A DNA stretch of 64,000 nucleotides from NCBI GenBank assembly GCA_049968235.1, contig JBMFRC010000008.1, forward strand, positions 64,001 through 128,000. The letters are read 5' to 3'. Source of the stretch: Candidatus Hydrogenedens sp. GTDB taxonomy: Bacteria > Hydrogenedentota > Hydrogenedentia > Hydrogenedentales > Hydrogenedentaceae. This document shows, one piece after another, positions 19,001 to 27,833 of this stretch (position 1 is the stretch's first letter; each line of letters starts with the position of its first letter). Below the pieces are notes generated by a model. That model saw only the letters and a list, made by a program, of their open reading frames with translations, did no database searches and was not told the origin of the DNA. The translations under genes were made by a program, and so were the position numbers.

Positions 19001-20014
19001 ACAGAAGAAGCATATTTTTTGTTAAATTCTATATTCTTATATCAAAAACCTACGAACTGGTCATATTACCACTACTCCCTTGTCTGGGAACACATGAATG
19101 AACCCTCAATAGCGTTAAGTTTTGCAGAACAAGCCAATGCGATAATGCCGAATCAGTCGCCAATCCTTCATCAATTAGGGGGATTATATCGCAAATTGAA
19201 AAATTATAATCTCGCCGAACAATATTTAGAGCAGGCAATGACACTTAACCCTCATGACGCAACAATTACAAAAACATTAGCCTTTTTACATTCCGACCTT
19301 GAGCGGTATAAAGAAGCAAAAGAATTGTTCATAACTTGCACAAATTTGCTTCCTGACGACCCGGAGGTGTATGAAGGACTTGCTGATGTCTATATAAAGA
19401 CCGGCGAATTAAAAAAGGCAGAAGAAAACTATCGCAAAGCATTAGCAATCAAGGATACCCCCACAGTAATTAACAAGTTAGGATTATTACTTGCTGATTT
19501 AAATAAAATCTTTGAGAGTGTTGGACTATTGGAAATAGCCGTTAAATACTTTCCGAATGATGCCATCACACTTACACGACTTGCTGACTTGAAAGTGATT
19601 TTACACTCCGATATAGAAGCAAAAACACTTTATGAACGGGCATTGGCAATAGATACTCAAAATTATCTAACTCATAGAAACTATGCAGATTTGTTAGTCC
19701 GTTCCGGTGAATATGAACTTGCCGAAAAACATTACAAACTTGCCATAGAACTTCACCCCAAAGACCCAGTTGCACAAGCAGGACTGGGATTACTATATGC
19801 TCGTATAAATAAATATGAGGAAGCCAAAAAATATTTGATACCTCTGGCACAAGTGAAGACAGATTTACTTAATGTAAACCAACAACTGACTCAGATATTC
19901 CTTTCAGAAAATCAACCTGAAAAAGCCATTAAATACATCAAACGATGTATACTGGCACAACCAGACCGAAAAGAATTCCGTGAACTTCTTCAACAGGCTA
20001 CTCAGATGCGGTAA
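16022..20014 (+). CDS. GT-C fold (PMT/GT39-like) membrane glycosyltransferase fused to about 25 TPR repeats (eukaryotic TMTC-like architecture)
   Basis: The N-terminal ~450 aa are polytopic, with an acidic loop motif HDAEF followed by NPPGYPLFLALIYWL (resembling the hPPLgkLLiAlg block of PMTs). After that come continuous TPR-like repeats to the C-terminus. The annotated start is TTG. The frame is open upstream to 15941 and encodes a TM-like segment (SFWILLILFLGLG), so the real start probably lies upstream. Confidence 0.75.
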   Translation: MGLRVLYLSDAIKNPDFSAPLHDAEFKDYWARAILSGNYTPPRNEGNPFMEGHPLPNPPGYPLFLALIYWLTEGSYLAVRWVQICIGLLNIFLVYLLGKNLFDYKAGLFSALGVATYWAFVHYDMELNQVTIFITINLLCFNLLLQAYKKNKLGLLSLAGLIFGMGAWFRGEVFILIFPLTIFVMFLFFHPGRLKTVFYTGLLFLVSALLSVLPLSLYNYYLCGSFTSGSHNSECSISIAFHPDTPEYGSYTPEMLRWLNKTPEDTVEIFDLDGMTLGLGKQLGLERRATYKEWKNYLISGAIHNIKTYPWLNLKKCLKRFLWTFSPQELDENKVIYYEREVSTVLKYLPRFPLAMSLFTLSLILLVISLSSKGAIPIKISTCSWKFIFVLLFFVATNISIFSLLIAGSRYRISLLPYFFIFGGIVFSSLWETVSNKRWNWATLIIFGFLILFSLAHVPFFDYQPNRSRWLDERRKCYQRIGKIAEGVQFFEKWLEKHSDADAHYHAGVLCYELNELTKAEEHFYTCLKLSPDHPSAPYNLGLIFAKRGDWAKAGKYFEEAVKRNPSKADMWFALGWATENSGDLSTALEHYTHALNINPHHTQALNHSAVIMFQKGEGKTAKQHLEQAIRIDPNYVDARFNLGQILLAERKPADALKQFMTVKGKYQPEHELLKCIGLCYVQMLDYKEALNYLLKAKGMNPEKWDAEDSLAVCYAGLGMREECIRTIEILEDKLSNSIQVFNLGHAWELLGEWDKAETYYKTVIEKDKNNADTYAGLGNISLIRGDKNSAYMYFKQALEINPHQVGAWFNLILSWVENREWEKAKTQLIEFINYYPEHIEAYYNLGIVNEALGNIEDAKKSYEKVLEKKSDHSGALFSRATIALSEMDLENAKELFEKLKPIEPFKSLYHLGIVYSLKEDWNNAHDCFLNSFFINPQPFYNDYIYAFNIGRSYDHLDCLYEAEKFYRISFELNNNFVDAKDALSFLLFQQGNTEEAYFLLNSIFLYQKPTNWSYYHYSLVWEHMNEPSIALSFAEQANAIMPNQSPILHQLGGLYRKLKNYNLAEQYLEQAMTLNPHDATITKTLAFLHSDLERYKEAKELFITCTNLLPDDPEVYEGLADVYIKTGELKKAEENYRKALAIKDTPTVINKLGLLLADLNKIFESVGLLEIAVKYFPNDAITLTRLADLKVILHSDIEAKTLYERALAIDTQNYLTHRNYADLLVRSGEYELAEKHYKLAIELHPKDPVAQAGLGLLYARINKYEEAKKYLIPLAQVKTDLLNVNQQLTQIFLSENQPEKAIKYIKRCILAQPDRKEFRELLQQATQMR

Positions 20015-21578
20015 CAGTTTTCGGATGGCTTAAAACCCGCTCCAGATAAGGAATCAGAGTATCCGCCATAATTTTTGCTTTCAGTTTTACCCCTTCCTGA
20101 CGCATGTGACAAATATCACCGAAATATTTTGTGCCCGCAGGCATATTCTCCGCAACCGGAATATAAAGGAGCCCATTATTCTCACAATAATCTCGCAATT
20201 GTTGATTAAATCTCTTCATAACATCGGAATATTGCTGAAAAGAGGAATTCGCCCAGCCCCATTCCTTATCATAATAAAAATCATAATAATCACGTTCCTC
20301 CTTGTTTACTTTTTCACGGTAAGGGACACCAATACTGGAAATACACATATCTATACCCCTTGACAAAAAAGAATGAAGTATATAATCAATATATCTAAAA
20401 ATGTATTGATTGATATATTCATCTATCTCTTCTTGCGGATATTGTAAAACTGACCTTATTTGTCTTCGCATAAATAGAGAGAAAAGTAATGCAATACGTG
20501 TTATTACCCGTTTACTATCAAAAGCATGGGAAAATACTTCGTAAACTACATCGTTAATTCCTTCATATAAAATCACCATGTCAGGTTGAAAATATAAATA
20601 ATCCGGTAATTTCGCACAATGCTTCTTTAAAACCATACCAGAAATACCACAATTAAAGACTTCAATACGATTTTCTCCGAAATGTTTTTTCAATTCTTGC
20701 TCTAAGAATTTTGGATAGGTCTCTTGATTAGAAATACCCTCTTCCGTAGTAGACGCACCAATACACAGGATGCGGAAAACTCCTTCGGGTTTCGGAACCT
20801 TAAAATCTTTATCTCTATAACCAAAATTATTGATTCGAAATGCCATCTCTGTAGAGTTCCGATGAGGCATATAGGAGAAATAATTTATGTCCCATAAGTC
20901 ATTCACAGATAACTTTCCTACCCATGGATTGATAGAATCATTTTTCCCTCTATACGGTAGAGCAAACACATAGAAAGAGTAATTTTCAAGATTTTCGCGT
21001 AAAGGGTAGAAAAAAAATTTATATGGTTTTTCCTGCATCGTCTCATGCCATAAAAAAGCCCTATATGATTGAAACATATCCTTCGGAATTGTCTTTATAA
21101 TTTCTTGATATATCAACAGATTGTCATTAATCCCAAAAGCCTTATCTGTGGGAGAACACGTTATATCAAAACTTTTTTTATTAATGTTGAGTTTGAACTG
21201 CTTTATGTCATAAATAGTTCGGAAAGCCTCCTGAAAAGTTTCATCCTCATCAAAATAGAAGTTAAAACGATAACTCCACATTTCTAATGGGTCGGGCTCT
21301 GGCAGACACCATTCATCGCCAACATATAATTGTTGCAGAGAAAACAAATTTTTCCCCTCCCCATAATGAACTCCTTCTTCTTTACCCTCGTCCCATTCCT
21401 TTATTAACAATTCACCACGACGGATACGAACAAATTTGTTTGTCTTTTCGATATATTTCCACCTTAATCGTTCAAATAATTCTAGAGATAAACAGATGAC
21501 AATAAACCAGAATAAAATGAAAAAACAATAACCCAAGATATAAACAAATCTCTTCGTTTTTTTGTGCTTCAACTCCAT
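19998..21578 (-). CDS. Membrane-anchored SGNH/GDSL-family hydrolase or O-acyltransferase (paralog A)
   Basis: N-terminal TM anchor. The C-terminal SGNH blocks are FRILCIGASTTEEG (block I, Ser codon at 20751-20753), FNCGISG (II), YEGINDVVY (III) and GDICHMRQEG (V, DxxH). Confidence 0.65.
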   Translation of the reverse strand: MELKHKKTKRFVYILGYCFFILFWFIVICLSLELFERLRWKYIEKTNKFVRIRRGELLIKEWDEGKEEGVHYGEGKNLFSLQQLYVGDEWCLPEPDPLEMWSYRFNFYFDEDETFQEAFRTIYDIKQFKLNINKKSFDITCSPTDKAFGINDNLLIYQEIIKTIPKDMFQSYRAFLWHETMQEKPYKFFFYPLRENLENYSFYVFALPYRGKNDSINPWVGKLSVNDLWDINYFSYMPHRNSTEMAFRINNFGYRDKDFKVPKPEGVFRILCIGASTTEEGISNQETYPKFLEQELKKHFGENRIEVFNCGISGMVLKKHCAKLPDYLYFQPDMVILYEGINDVVYEVFSHAFDSKRVITRIALLFSLFMRRQIRSVLQYPQEEIDEYINQYIFRYIDYILHSFLSRGIDMCISSIGVPYREKVNKEERDYYDFYYDKEWGWANSSFQQYSDVMKRFNQQLRDYCENNGLLYIPVAENMPAGTKYFGDICHMRQEGVKLKAKIMADTLIPYLERVLSHPKTVTASE

Positions 21579-23056
21579 TAACTTTTTCCTGATTGTGCTT
21601 TAATATATTTCACCAAATATGGTGTCGCTAATTCTGATTTTTTTCGAATTCCTTGTAATTTTTGATGACATAAATCATTAAAATAGGATGGGGATTCGTT
21701 CTGAAACATTTCATACATCGGGATATATAGAACATTCTCATTATTAAACTTTTTGCTTAACAGTCTATTATATACATCCAGAACATGGCTATACATACGA
21801 TAGTTTACGAAATTACCTCCCCACCATCTTTTTGTAACAAACTGGAAATAATCTTTCTCCTGCCATGTCATCGAGGAATAATTGGGGGCTGGCATACTCA
21901 TTACTGCAAACAATATACCTTTCTGCTGAAGATAATTGTTTATTTTTTCTATCTGGCTTAATATATCTTTATTAATATCACTTTGTATTTGTATGTCGTT
22001 GGGAAGAAAGAATAGGGGAAAAATATTCCGGCATAAATTTGAATGGATAAGTATTTTTTTTATTCCGTTCAGATGATTTAACCAGTAAGGCAGTAAAATG
22101 TGGGTTATATCATTTGCCCCTTCACAATAGAGAACAAGATTTGGTTCCATCAACAGATAATCTGGTAATCTCAGCCATAATTTATGAGCAGAAATGCCCG
22201 GTATTCCAGCATTAATCACTTCAATTTTATATTGTTGCTGGAATTGTTCCAATAAAAGTTTTTCCATGATATTTGGATAGGTTTCTTGCTCTGTAGGACC
22301 CTCTTCTGTGGTCGAACCACCGATACATACAATTCGGAACACACCTAATGGTTTAGGAACTACCACATCCTCATCACGAAATCCAAAATTGTTCGTATGA
22401 AATTCATAAGAGTTCAATTGTGCATGTTTCTTATACTCAAAATAAGGTATTTCCCAGATTCCGTTTCTATCCTTTATATTTCGGGGATAATTATTATTAC
22501 CTGCTTTATACCAGCATACCATGACCCCACGATTTTTCGTGTCCATTTTATAATAAACAAAAAGGTCGGAAATACTTTCCTCACCTTTTGCAAAAGAATG
22601 ATAATATTTTGAATAAACTTCCTGGCTTTGAATTGGTATTTCCTTCTCTAATATATTTATCAGTTCTTCATCAAAGTAATTTTTCGTAGTGGGTTCAGGC
22701 AGGTATGTAATTATCTCTTTTTTATCCATATCTTTTACAAGGGTGGTTATTTGATAAAAAGAAGAAAACAATTGTCTGTCGGTTTCATCCAATTGTAAGA
22801 AAAACTTTGCCCGATTGGCATACCATTGAGACATATCAGGAGAGTGAAACTTTTCTACAGATTGCAGTGGTTTTTGCGACACAACTTCACTGTGGCTCCA
22901 TGGAGGTTTATCATTCAAAGAGGAGATGAGAGGATTCTTTTGTATAACAAGATATTCATATATACGCACTACACATTCAGCAACTGCAATTGCAACAATA
23001 ATCCAGAGAAAAAAAATCAATATTTTACCGATACTTTTTACGAAATGATATTTCAT
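21578..23056 (-). CDS. Membrane-anchored SGNH/GDSL-family hydrolase or O-acyltransferase (paralog B)
   Basis: N-terminal TM anchor, FRIVCIGGSTTEEG, INAGIPG, CEGANDITH and NDLCHQKLQG. It shares a 1-nt overlap with paralog A and a 4-nt ATGA overlap with the upstream GT-C gene. Confidence 0.65.
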   Translation of the reverse strand: MKYHFVKSIGKILIFFLWIIVAIAVAECVVRIYEYLVIQKNPLISSLNDKPPWSHSEVVSQKPLQSVEKFHSPDMSQWYANRAKFFLQLDETDRQLFSSFYQITTLVKDMDKKEIITYLPEPTTKNYFDEELINILEKEIPIQSQEVYSKYYHSFAKGEESISDLFVYYKMDTKNRGVMVCWYKAGNNNYPRNIKDRNGIWEIPYFEYKKHAQLNSYEFHTNNFGFRDEDVVVPKPLGVFRIVCIGGSTTEEGPTEQETYPNIMEKLLLEQFQQQYKIEVINAGIPGISAHKLWLRLPDYLLMEPNLVLYCEGANDITHILLPYWLNHLNGIKKILIHSNLCRNIFPLFFLPNDIQIQSDINKDILSQIEKINNYLQQKGILFAVMSMPAPNYSSMTWQEKDYFQFVTKRWWGGNFVNYRMYSHVLDVYNRLLSKKFNNENVLYIPMYEMFQNESPSYFNDLCHQKLQGIRKKSELATPYLVKYIKAQSGKS

Positions 23057-25269
23057 TGAGGTGCCGGGAAGGTTTGCTGAGGGTTATTTTTCAGTCGCTC
23101 CAATTCCGTGGCAGGACGAAGGTCTGTGGGGTCAAGTTCTATCGCTTTCTGAAAATATTCAATTGCTTTCTCATGATTTCCTAACCCTAAATATGCCCTA
23201 CCCATACAGGTATGAGCAAATGAATCATTGGGTAATAATTGAAATGCCTTTTCCAACGCTGAAATAGCTGATTCATATTGCCCTCGATTAATGTGAATAT
23301 CAGCAATATTAATCCAGTTCCATGGGTATTGTTCCGGTTTCAATTCAACAGCCTTTGTAAACGCTTCGATGGCAAGGTCCCATTCCTGTAATTCTTTATA
23401 GGACATTCCAAGATAGGAGTATGCCTGTGCATAACCGGGGTCAAGTTGAATCACATGTTTGCAGGTATCAACTGCAGACCAATAATCGTTAACTCGCCAG
23501 AATTCCAGAGCCATAGCACATAAATCTTCTAATAAGGCTACCGATTTCTTGTTGTACGTTTTCACAGAGTCCTGTAAAGAAAATATCTGGTGGTAAACAA
23601 CCACTCGCTGAATGCCAGCAAATTCCTCTGCTTTGTAAATAATCCCTTTTTCCTTTAAATATTTTTCAAAATGATAAAGCGGTGCAGACTCAAAATAATC
23701 CCCCTGAACAACAATCCATAATTTTGCATTGGGTCTTCGTACTGGCAACAGTTTTGTAATCAGAAATTCAGCAATTTCGGCAGTATTCTCAAACTGCGAA
23801 CCATAACAAACAACATTGGGCACAGGACCTAAATTGTATAGGAAAACACGCTTCCATAATTCATTGTTTACAAGGATAATGTCTTCCGCTTTTGCATTAT
23901 GCTTGATAAATACACCTGCATTCTTCCAATCGGTGTGTTGCGGTTTCCCGAGGATTAAACTACCCTGGTACAAATACAAAAGTAGAAATGCGGTAAAGAG
24001 CAGTCGTTTTACCCATTTCTTACTTTCCACGCTATTAATAGTATAGCCAATAATCAGATACAGGGCAATCGAACTATGGAGAGTATATCTTGGCATAATA
24101 CAGGGTCGCCATAAGTGCGAAATAAAGTATAAAAATAAAGGAGGAAATAGCCACCAGATACAATAGAGCAGGATAAAAGAATTATTTGTTTTTCCAATAT
24201 TATTCGACTTTAATTCCTTATTATCTTTTTCCCTGAAAAAATAAGTCCAGATAGCCCCGACAAGGCAAAAGACATATAAAACTGCCATTACCCCCCCTAT
24301 AAAATATTGCTGTGATACAATAATCCGTGCAGTTTCTTTGCTAAAAAAATGCATCCAGAAATCGGGTTCCGCACGAAGTTGGTAAGTCCAACCAATACAA
24401 TCATCGGCAACAAGGTCGCCTATAAATTCACGGAGTGTCGGTATCTTCATCCAGGAAGAGGTCATATCCGGCGACCAAAAATTAATAGTTAGAATATACA
24501 ACACAGAAGGTAGTGAAATAAGGAACAGAGGAATAGCCCATTTCATCAGAAAAAGGATTTCTTCCCTCAAATAATCTTTATAAAACCACTCATTCGGTCT
24601 CCCATTGCGGTATCTCCAGGCACGAATGAGCAATCGGTCTACCAGTAAATATACCCCCTGAACCATAACAACCAGAGTCGCAAAGGGATGTGTCCAGAGA
24701 AGGAGAAATGTGATGATAAGGTAATAGATAAATGTTCTTCGTCTCTGTTCGCGATACCAATATATAAAAAAAAGCATGGACAGAATAGATAGGAGGGTGA
24801 ACAAACTATACATTCGTATCTCCTGTGAAAACTGCCGATGTATAGGCGACAGAGCCACGAGAAGACAGGCAATAAGCCCCGTAGAAGCATTAAAACTTAT
24901 ATTTCCTAAAATGTATGTGCTATAAATAACCGTCAATCCAATAAAGACCGAAAGAAGACGGAGAGAATAATATGATTCATCAATATAGGTATGCCAAAAA
25001 TATTCAATAGAATAATATAAAGGCATGGTAGCAGGGTCCATAGAGCGATTCTTTATCAAGAAATGCAGGATATTCATTGAAGGTTCATAATGAACACCCT
25101 GAGCCCAACGCGTAAAATTCGGCGAAGATTCATACTCAGCCAGCGGTTTCAGGTGAACAACACTACTAAATTCGTCCCACCATATAGATTCGTAACTTAA
25201 ACCTACAGAACGATATAAATAACCTGCAAGTAAAATTAAAAATAAATATAGAAATACTTTTGAATTCAT
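23053..25269 (-). CDS. GT-C fold (PMT/ArnT-like) membrane glycosyltransferase with C-terminal TPR repeats
   Basis: About 12 predicted TM segments, with SIWWDEF (acidic loop motif) and DPATMPLYY. The C-terminal ~150 aa are TPR-like (AYSYLGMSYKELQEWDLAIEAFTKAVELKP...). Confidence 0.7.
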   Translation of the reverse strand: MNSKVFLYLFLILLAGYLYRSVGLSYESIWWDEFSSVVHLKPLAEYESSPNFTRWAQGVHYEPSMNILHFLIKNRSMDPATMPLYYSIEYFWHTYIDESYYSLRLLSVFIGLTVIYSTYILGNISFNASTGLIACLLVALSPIHRQFSQEIRMYSLFTLLSILSMLFFIYWYREQRRRTFIYYLIITFLLLWTHPFATLVVMVQGVYLLVDRLLIRAWRYRNGRPNEWFYKDYLREEILFLMKWAIPLFLISLPSVLYILTINFWSPDMTSSWMKIPTLREFIGDLVADDCIGWTYQLRAEPDFWMHFFSKETARIIVSQQYFIGGVMAVLYVFCLVGAIWTYFFREKDNKELKSNNIGKTNNSFILLYCIWWLFPPLFLYFISHLWRPCIMPRYTLHSSIALYLIIGYTINSVESKKWVKRLLFTAFLLLYLYQGSLILGKPQHTDWKNAGVFIKHNAKAEDIILVNNELWKRVFLYNLGPVPNVVCYGSQFENTAEIAEFLITKLLPVRRPNAKLWIVVQGDYFESAPLYHFEKYLKEKGIIYKAEEFAGIQRVVVYHQIFSLQDSVKTYNKKSVALLEDLCAMALEFWRVNDYWSAVDTCKHVIQLDPGYAQAYSYLGMSYKELQEWDLAIEAFTKAVELKPEQYPWNWINIADIHINRGQYESAISALEKAFQLLPNDSFAHTCMGRAYLGLGNHEKAIEYFQKAIELDPTDLRPATELERLKNNPQQTFPAPQ

Positions 25270-25405
25270 ACCTAAGTTTTCGTTATCGCTTTATAGCCAA
25301 ATCTTTTTATACCTCAAATTATTTATAATAACATATCATAATAAGGATTGAATATTTGATGAACGCATAATAGATGCTTTTTAATTAAACCTATGGAGTA
25401 CGCCG

Positions 25406-26623
25406 ATGCGATCGTTTTTAAAAAATATATTATTAGCATTAGGGTCAATACTTGTGGTTCTTATATTGACCATGGTATTGGACCGACTGTTAGGGAACAT
25501 CCTGCCCAAGCCATTTCCTGAAGGCACACATGATTTAATTTTTCCTCCCTTATCGCGACAGGAATTCGCCTCAGTTGATTTTAAATATGTGGTAGAAACT
25601 AATTCATTAGGGATTCGGGACCGAGAAATACAAAGACCTAAAAGCAGTAATAGTTACCGCATCATAGCAGTTGGTGATTCCTATACTTACGGTTGGGGCG
25701 TGAATATTGAGGAAACCTGGCTCCGTGGACTGGAACAAAAACTGTTATTGGAGAACAAACAGATTGAAACTGTGAATTTAGGCAAACCCGGGACAGGTCC
25801 TCCTTTCTATGCAGAAATTACCCGCACTATTGTCCCCTTACTTGAACCCGATTTGATACTGGTCGGAATTTTACAGGGAAACGATATTGCTTCTTCAGGA
25901 ACGGAAGGGTTAGAGCAAATGAGTTCGGGATTGGTCCGCTGGACAAAATTATTTTACCCAAACTTTGTCCGTACAGTAGAAATGATGCAATTGACGCGTT
26001 CTCTTGAAACGCGGACACAGGAGCGACCCCCAGAAAAAACAACCGCAGAAGACAACGCAAAATGGTCTGCCAATACCGCAAAGGATTTTTATGAAAAAAT
26101 GTCCGCAGAGGAAAAACAAAGATTTGATAATTTCGATGCCGAAGTAAAACAAGCATTTTTTGATGGGCTATTAAATCCTTATATGATTGACCTTGCATTG
26201 AAGAACAAACACATTTATACACTAACATTAAACCCTGATGACCCATGGATTCAGCAATGTATTGGGAATATGGCAAAAGCATTACAAATCATAAAATCGG
26301 TAGCAAGTCAAAACGATGCTCAAGTTGCTGTCGTTAGTATCCCGGATGGCCCGTATGTGAATGAGGTTGCATGGAAAAATATTCAGCGTGTTGGATTCGA
26401 TGTAGTTCCAGACATGCTAACTTCCGATGCACCCGATAAAGTTATTCAGATTGCTTGTGAAAAGGTAGGTATCCCCTGTTATACCGTCTCCTTTGCATTT
26501 CGCCAGAGAAAACAAGACCCCAACTTGTTCTTTACACTGGATGGGCATTTGACCGCTGAAGGACATAAATTATTAGCAGAGACGCTTGCTCCTCAACTAC
26601 AGAAGTGGCTAACCAAAAAATGA
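25406..26623 (+). CDS. Membrane-anchored SGNH/GDSL-family hydrolase or O-acyltransferase (paralog C)
   Basis: N-terminal TM anchor, YRIIAVGDSYTYGWG (block I, GDS at 25672-25680), VNLGKPGTG (II), GILQGNDIAS (III, GxND) and FTLDGHLTAEGH (V, DxxH). Confidence 0.7.
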   Translation: MRSFLKNILLALGSILVVLILTMVLDRLLGNILPKPFPEGTHDLIFPPLSRQEFASVDFKYVVETNSLGIRDREIQRPKSSNSYRIIAVGDSYTYGWGVNIEETWLRGLEQKLLLENKQIETVNLGKPGTGPPFYAEITRTIVPLLEPDLILVGILQGNDIASSGTEGLEQMSSGLVRWTKLFYPNFVRTVEMMQLTRSLETRTQERPPEKTTAEDNAKWSANTAKDFYEKMSAEEKQRFDNFDAEVKQAFFDGLLNPYMIDLALKNKHIYTLTLNPDDPWIQQCIGNMAKALQIIKSVASQNDAQVAVVSIPDGPYVNEVAWKNIQRVGFDVVPDMLTSDAPDKVIQIACEKVGIPCYTVSFAFRQRKQDPNLFFTLDGHLTAEGHKLLAETLAPQLQKWLTKK

Positions 26624-27774
26624 ATAAAACAACAATACAAAAAAATATAAGCAAGAAAAAAATTGTTCTATTTACCTTTTTACCCCTCGCTATCTTACTT
26701 TTTAGCCTGGAACTGATAGCACGAATCATAGAGATATGGCTTCCTCCTATGGTGACAGATATCGGTTTAGGTTTTACAGAAGATTCCCGATTATTTATCC
26801 CTGACCCTTATGACAGCCGATATTTGATAACACATCCCAATAAGACTGTTGCTTTTCAAAATCAACGATTTCTAAAAAACAAACCATCAGGAACTTTACG
26901 CATATTTTTTCTCGGAGGTTCCTCTGTAAATTATGTTAACTACGAATTGCCAAATTTATCCGAACGATTGGAAGAAACACTTAAACCAAGATACAAAGAA
27001 GTCGAGATTATTAATTGTGGGGGACTTTCGTACGGGACACATCGACTTGTATTGATTGCTCGTGAGATTGTGAACTATAACCCTGACCTTGTAATGATAT
27101 ATTCCGGACATAATGAATTTGAAGAAATTGAACAATTACATTTAGCACGAGTGCAAATAACGAAATTACAACGGGTTTTGTTCTCCTCCGCAATGATGCG
27201 ATTTATTCGCGACCGAATCGCAACCTACCAGATATCCCAATTGGAAAAAGAGCATAATCGCAGAATGTTGGCTCAATCATTACCCGATGCAGGTAAAGGA
27301 TGGAATCATATTTTCACACCCCAGGAAATTGCAGAACGAATGGAAAAATACAAAAATAATCTCAACGAAATTATACAGTTATGTAAAGAGAAAAATATAA
27401 AAGTCGTTATTGCAACCGTTCCTTCAAACTATATAAAGCCCAATTTAATAGGGAAAACTGCAGAAGAATATGAACAAGTGTTGCAGTTAATTAAAGAAGA
27501 GAAATATAAAAAAGCGTATGAATTAGGTAGGAAAATTATTCGTGAAACTTCGCCACGACATCAATCTTCCGACCTTGAAAATAACATTGTGCGAGAACTC
27601 GCAGAGAAACATCATATTCCTCTGGCTGATGTTTTATCTGCAGTAGAGCGGGCAGAACCCCACCACATTCCCGGTGAAACTTTGTTTAATGACCATTGTC
27701 ACTTAAATCCAGAAGGCAATAGTATTATGATACATACATTTGAGGAAAAAATCTTACAGGTATTGGCAGAATAA
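26620..27774 (+). CDS. Membrane-anchored SGNH-family hydrolase (paralog D)
   Basis: N-terminal TM anchor, RIFFLGGSSVNY (block I), INCGGLSYG (II) and FNDHCHLNPEGN (V). The ATG at 26620 gives an ATGA overlap with the upstream stop; the ORF-track alternative is a GTG at 26605. Confidence 0.6.
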   Translation: MNKTTIQKNISKKKIVLFTFLPLAILLFSLELIARIIEIWLPPMVTDIGLGFTEDSRLFIPDPYDSRYLITHPNKTVAFQNQRFLKNKPSGTLRIFFLGGSSVNYVNYELPNLSERLEETLKPRYKEVEIINCGGLSYGTHRLVLIAREIVNYNPDLVMIYSGHNEFEEIEQLHLARVQITKLQRVLFSSAMMRFIRDRIATYQISQLEKEHNRRMLAQSLPDAGKGWNHIFTPQEIAERMEKYKNNLNEIIQLCKEKNIKVVIATVPSNYIKPNLIGKTAEEYEQVLQLIKEEKYKKAYELGRKIIRETSPRHQSSDLENNIVRELAEKHHIPLADVLSAVERAEPHHIPGETLFNDHCHLNPEGNSIMIHTFEEKILQVLAE

Positions 27775-27833
27775 CAAACGATTTTAACCACCATATACTT
27801 ACAAGCAGAAGTGATTGAATGACAAGAAACTTT

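Noticed and set aside
14671-27774. Reading the locus after the flagellins as a classical cytoplasmic flagellin glycosylation island (pseudaminic/legionaminic acid genes plus Maf-type transferases).
   Set aside because: No PseB/PseI/NeuB-like synthase, cytidylyltransferase or Maf/GT-A/GT-B transferase was recognised. The glycosyltransferases here are GT-C membrane enzymes that act on the extracytoplasmic side using lipid-linked donors, whereas flagellin is glycosylated in the cytoplasm before export. The link to the flagellins is therefore kept only as a loose possibility.
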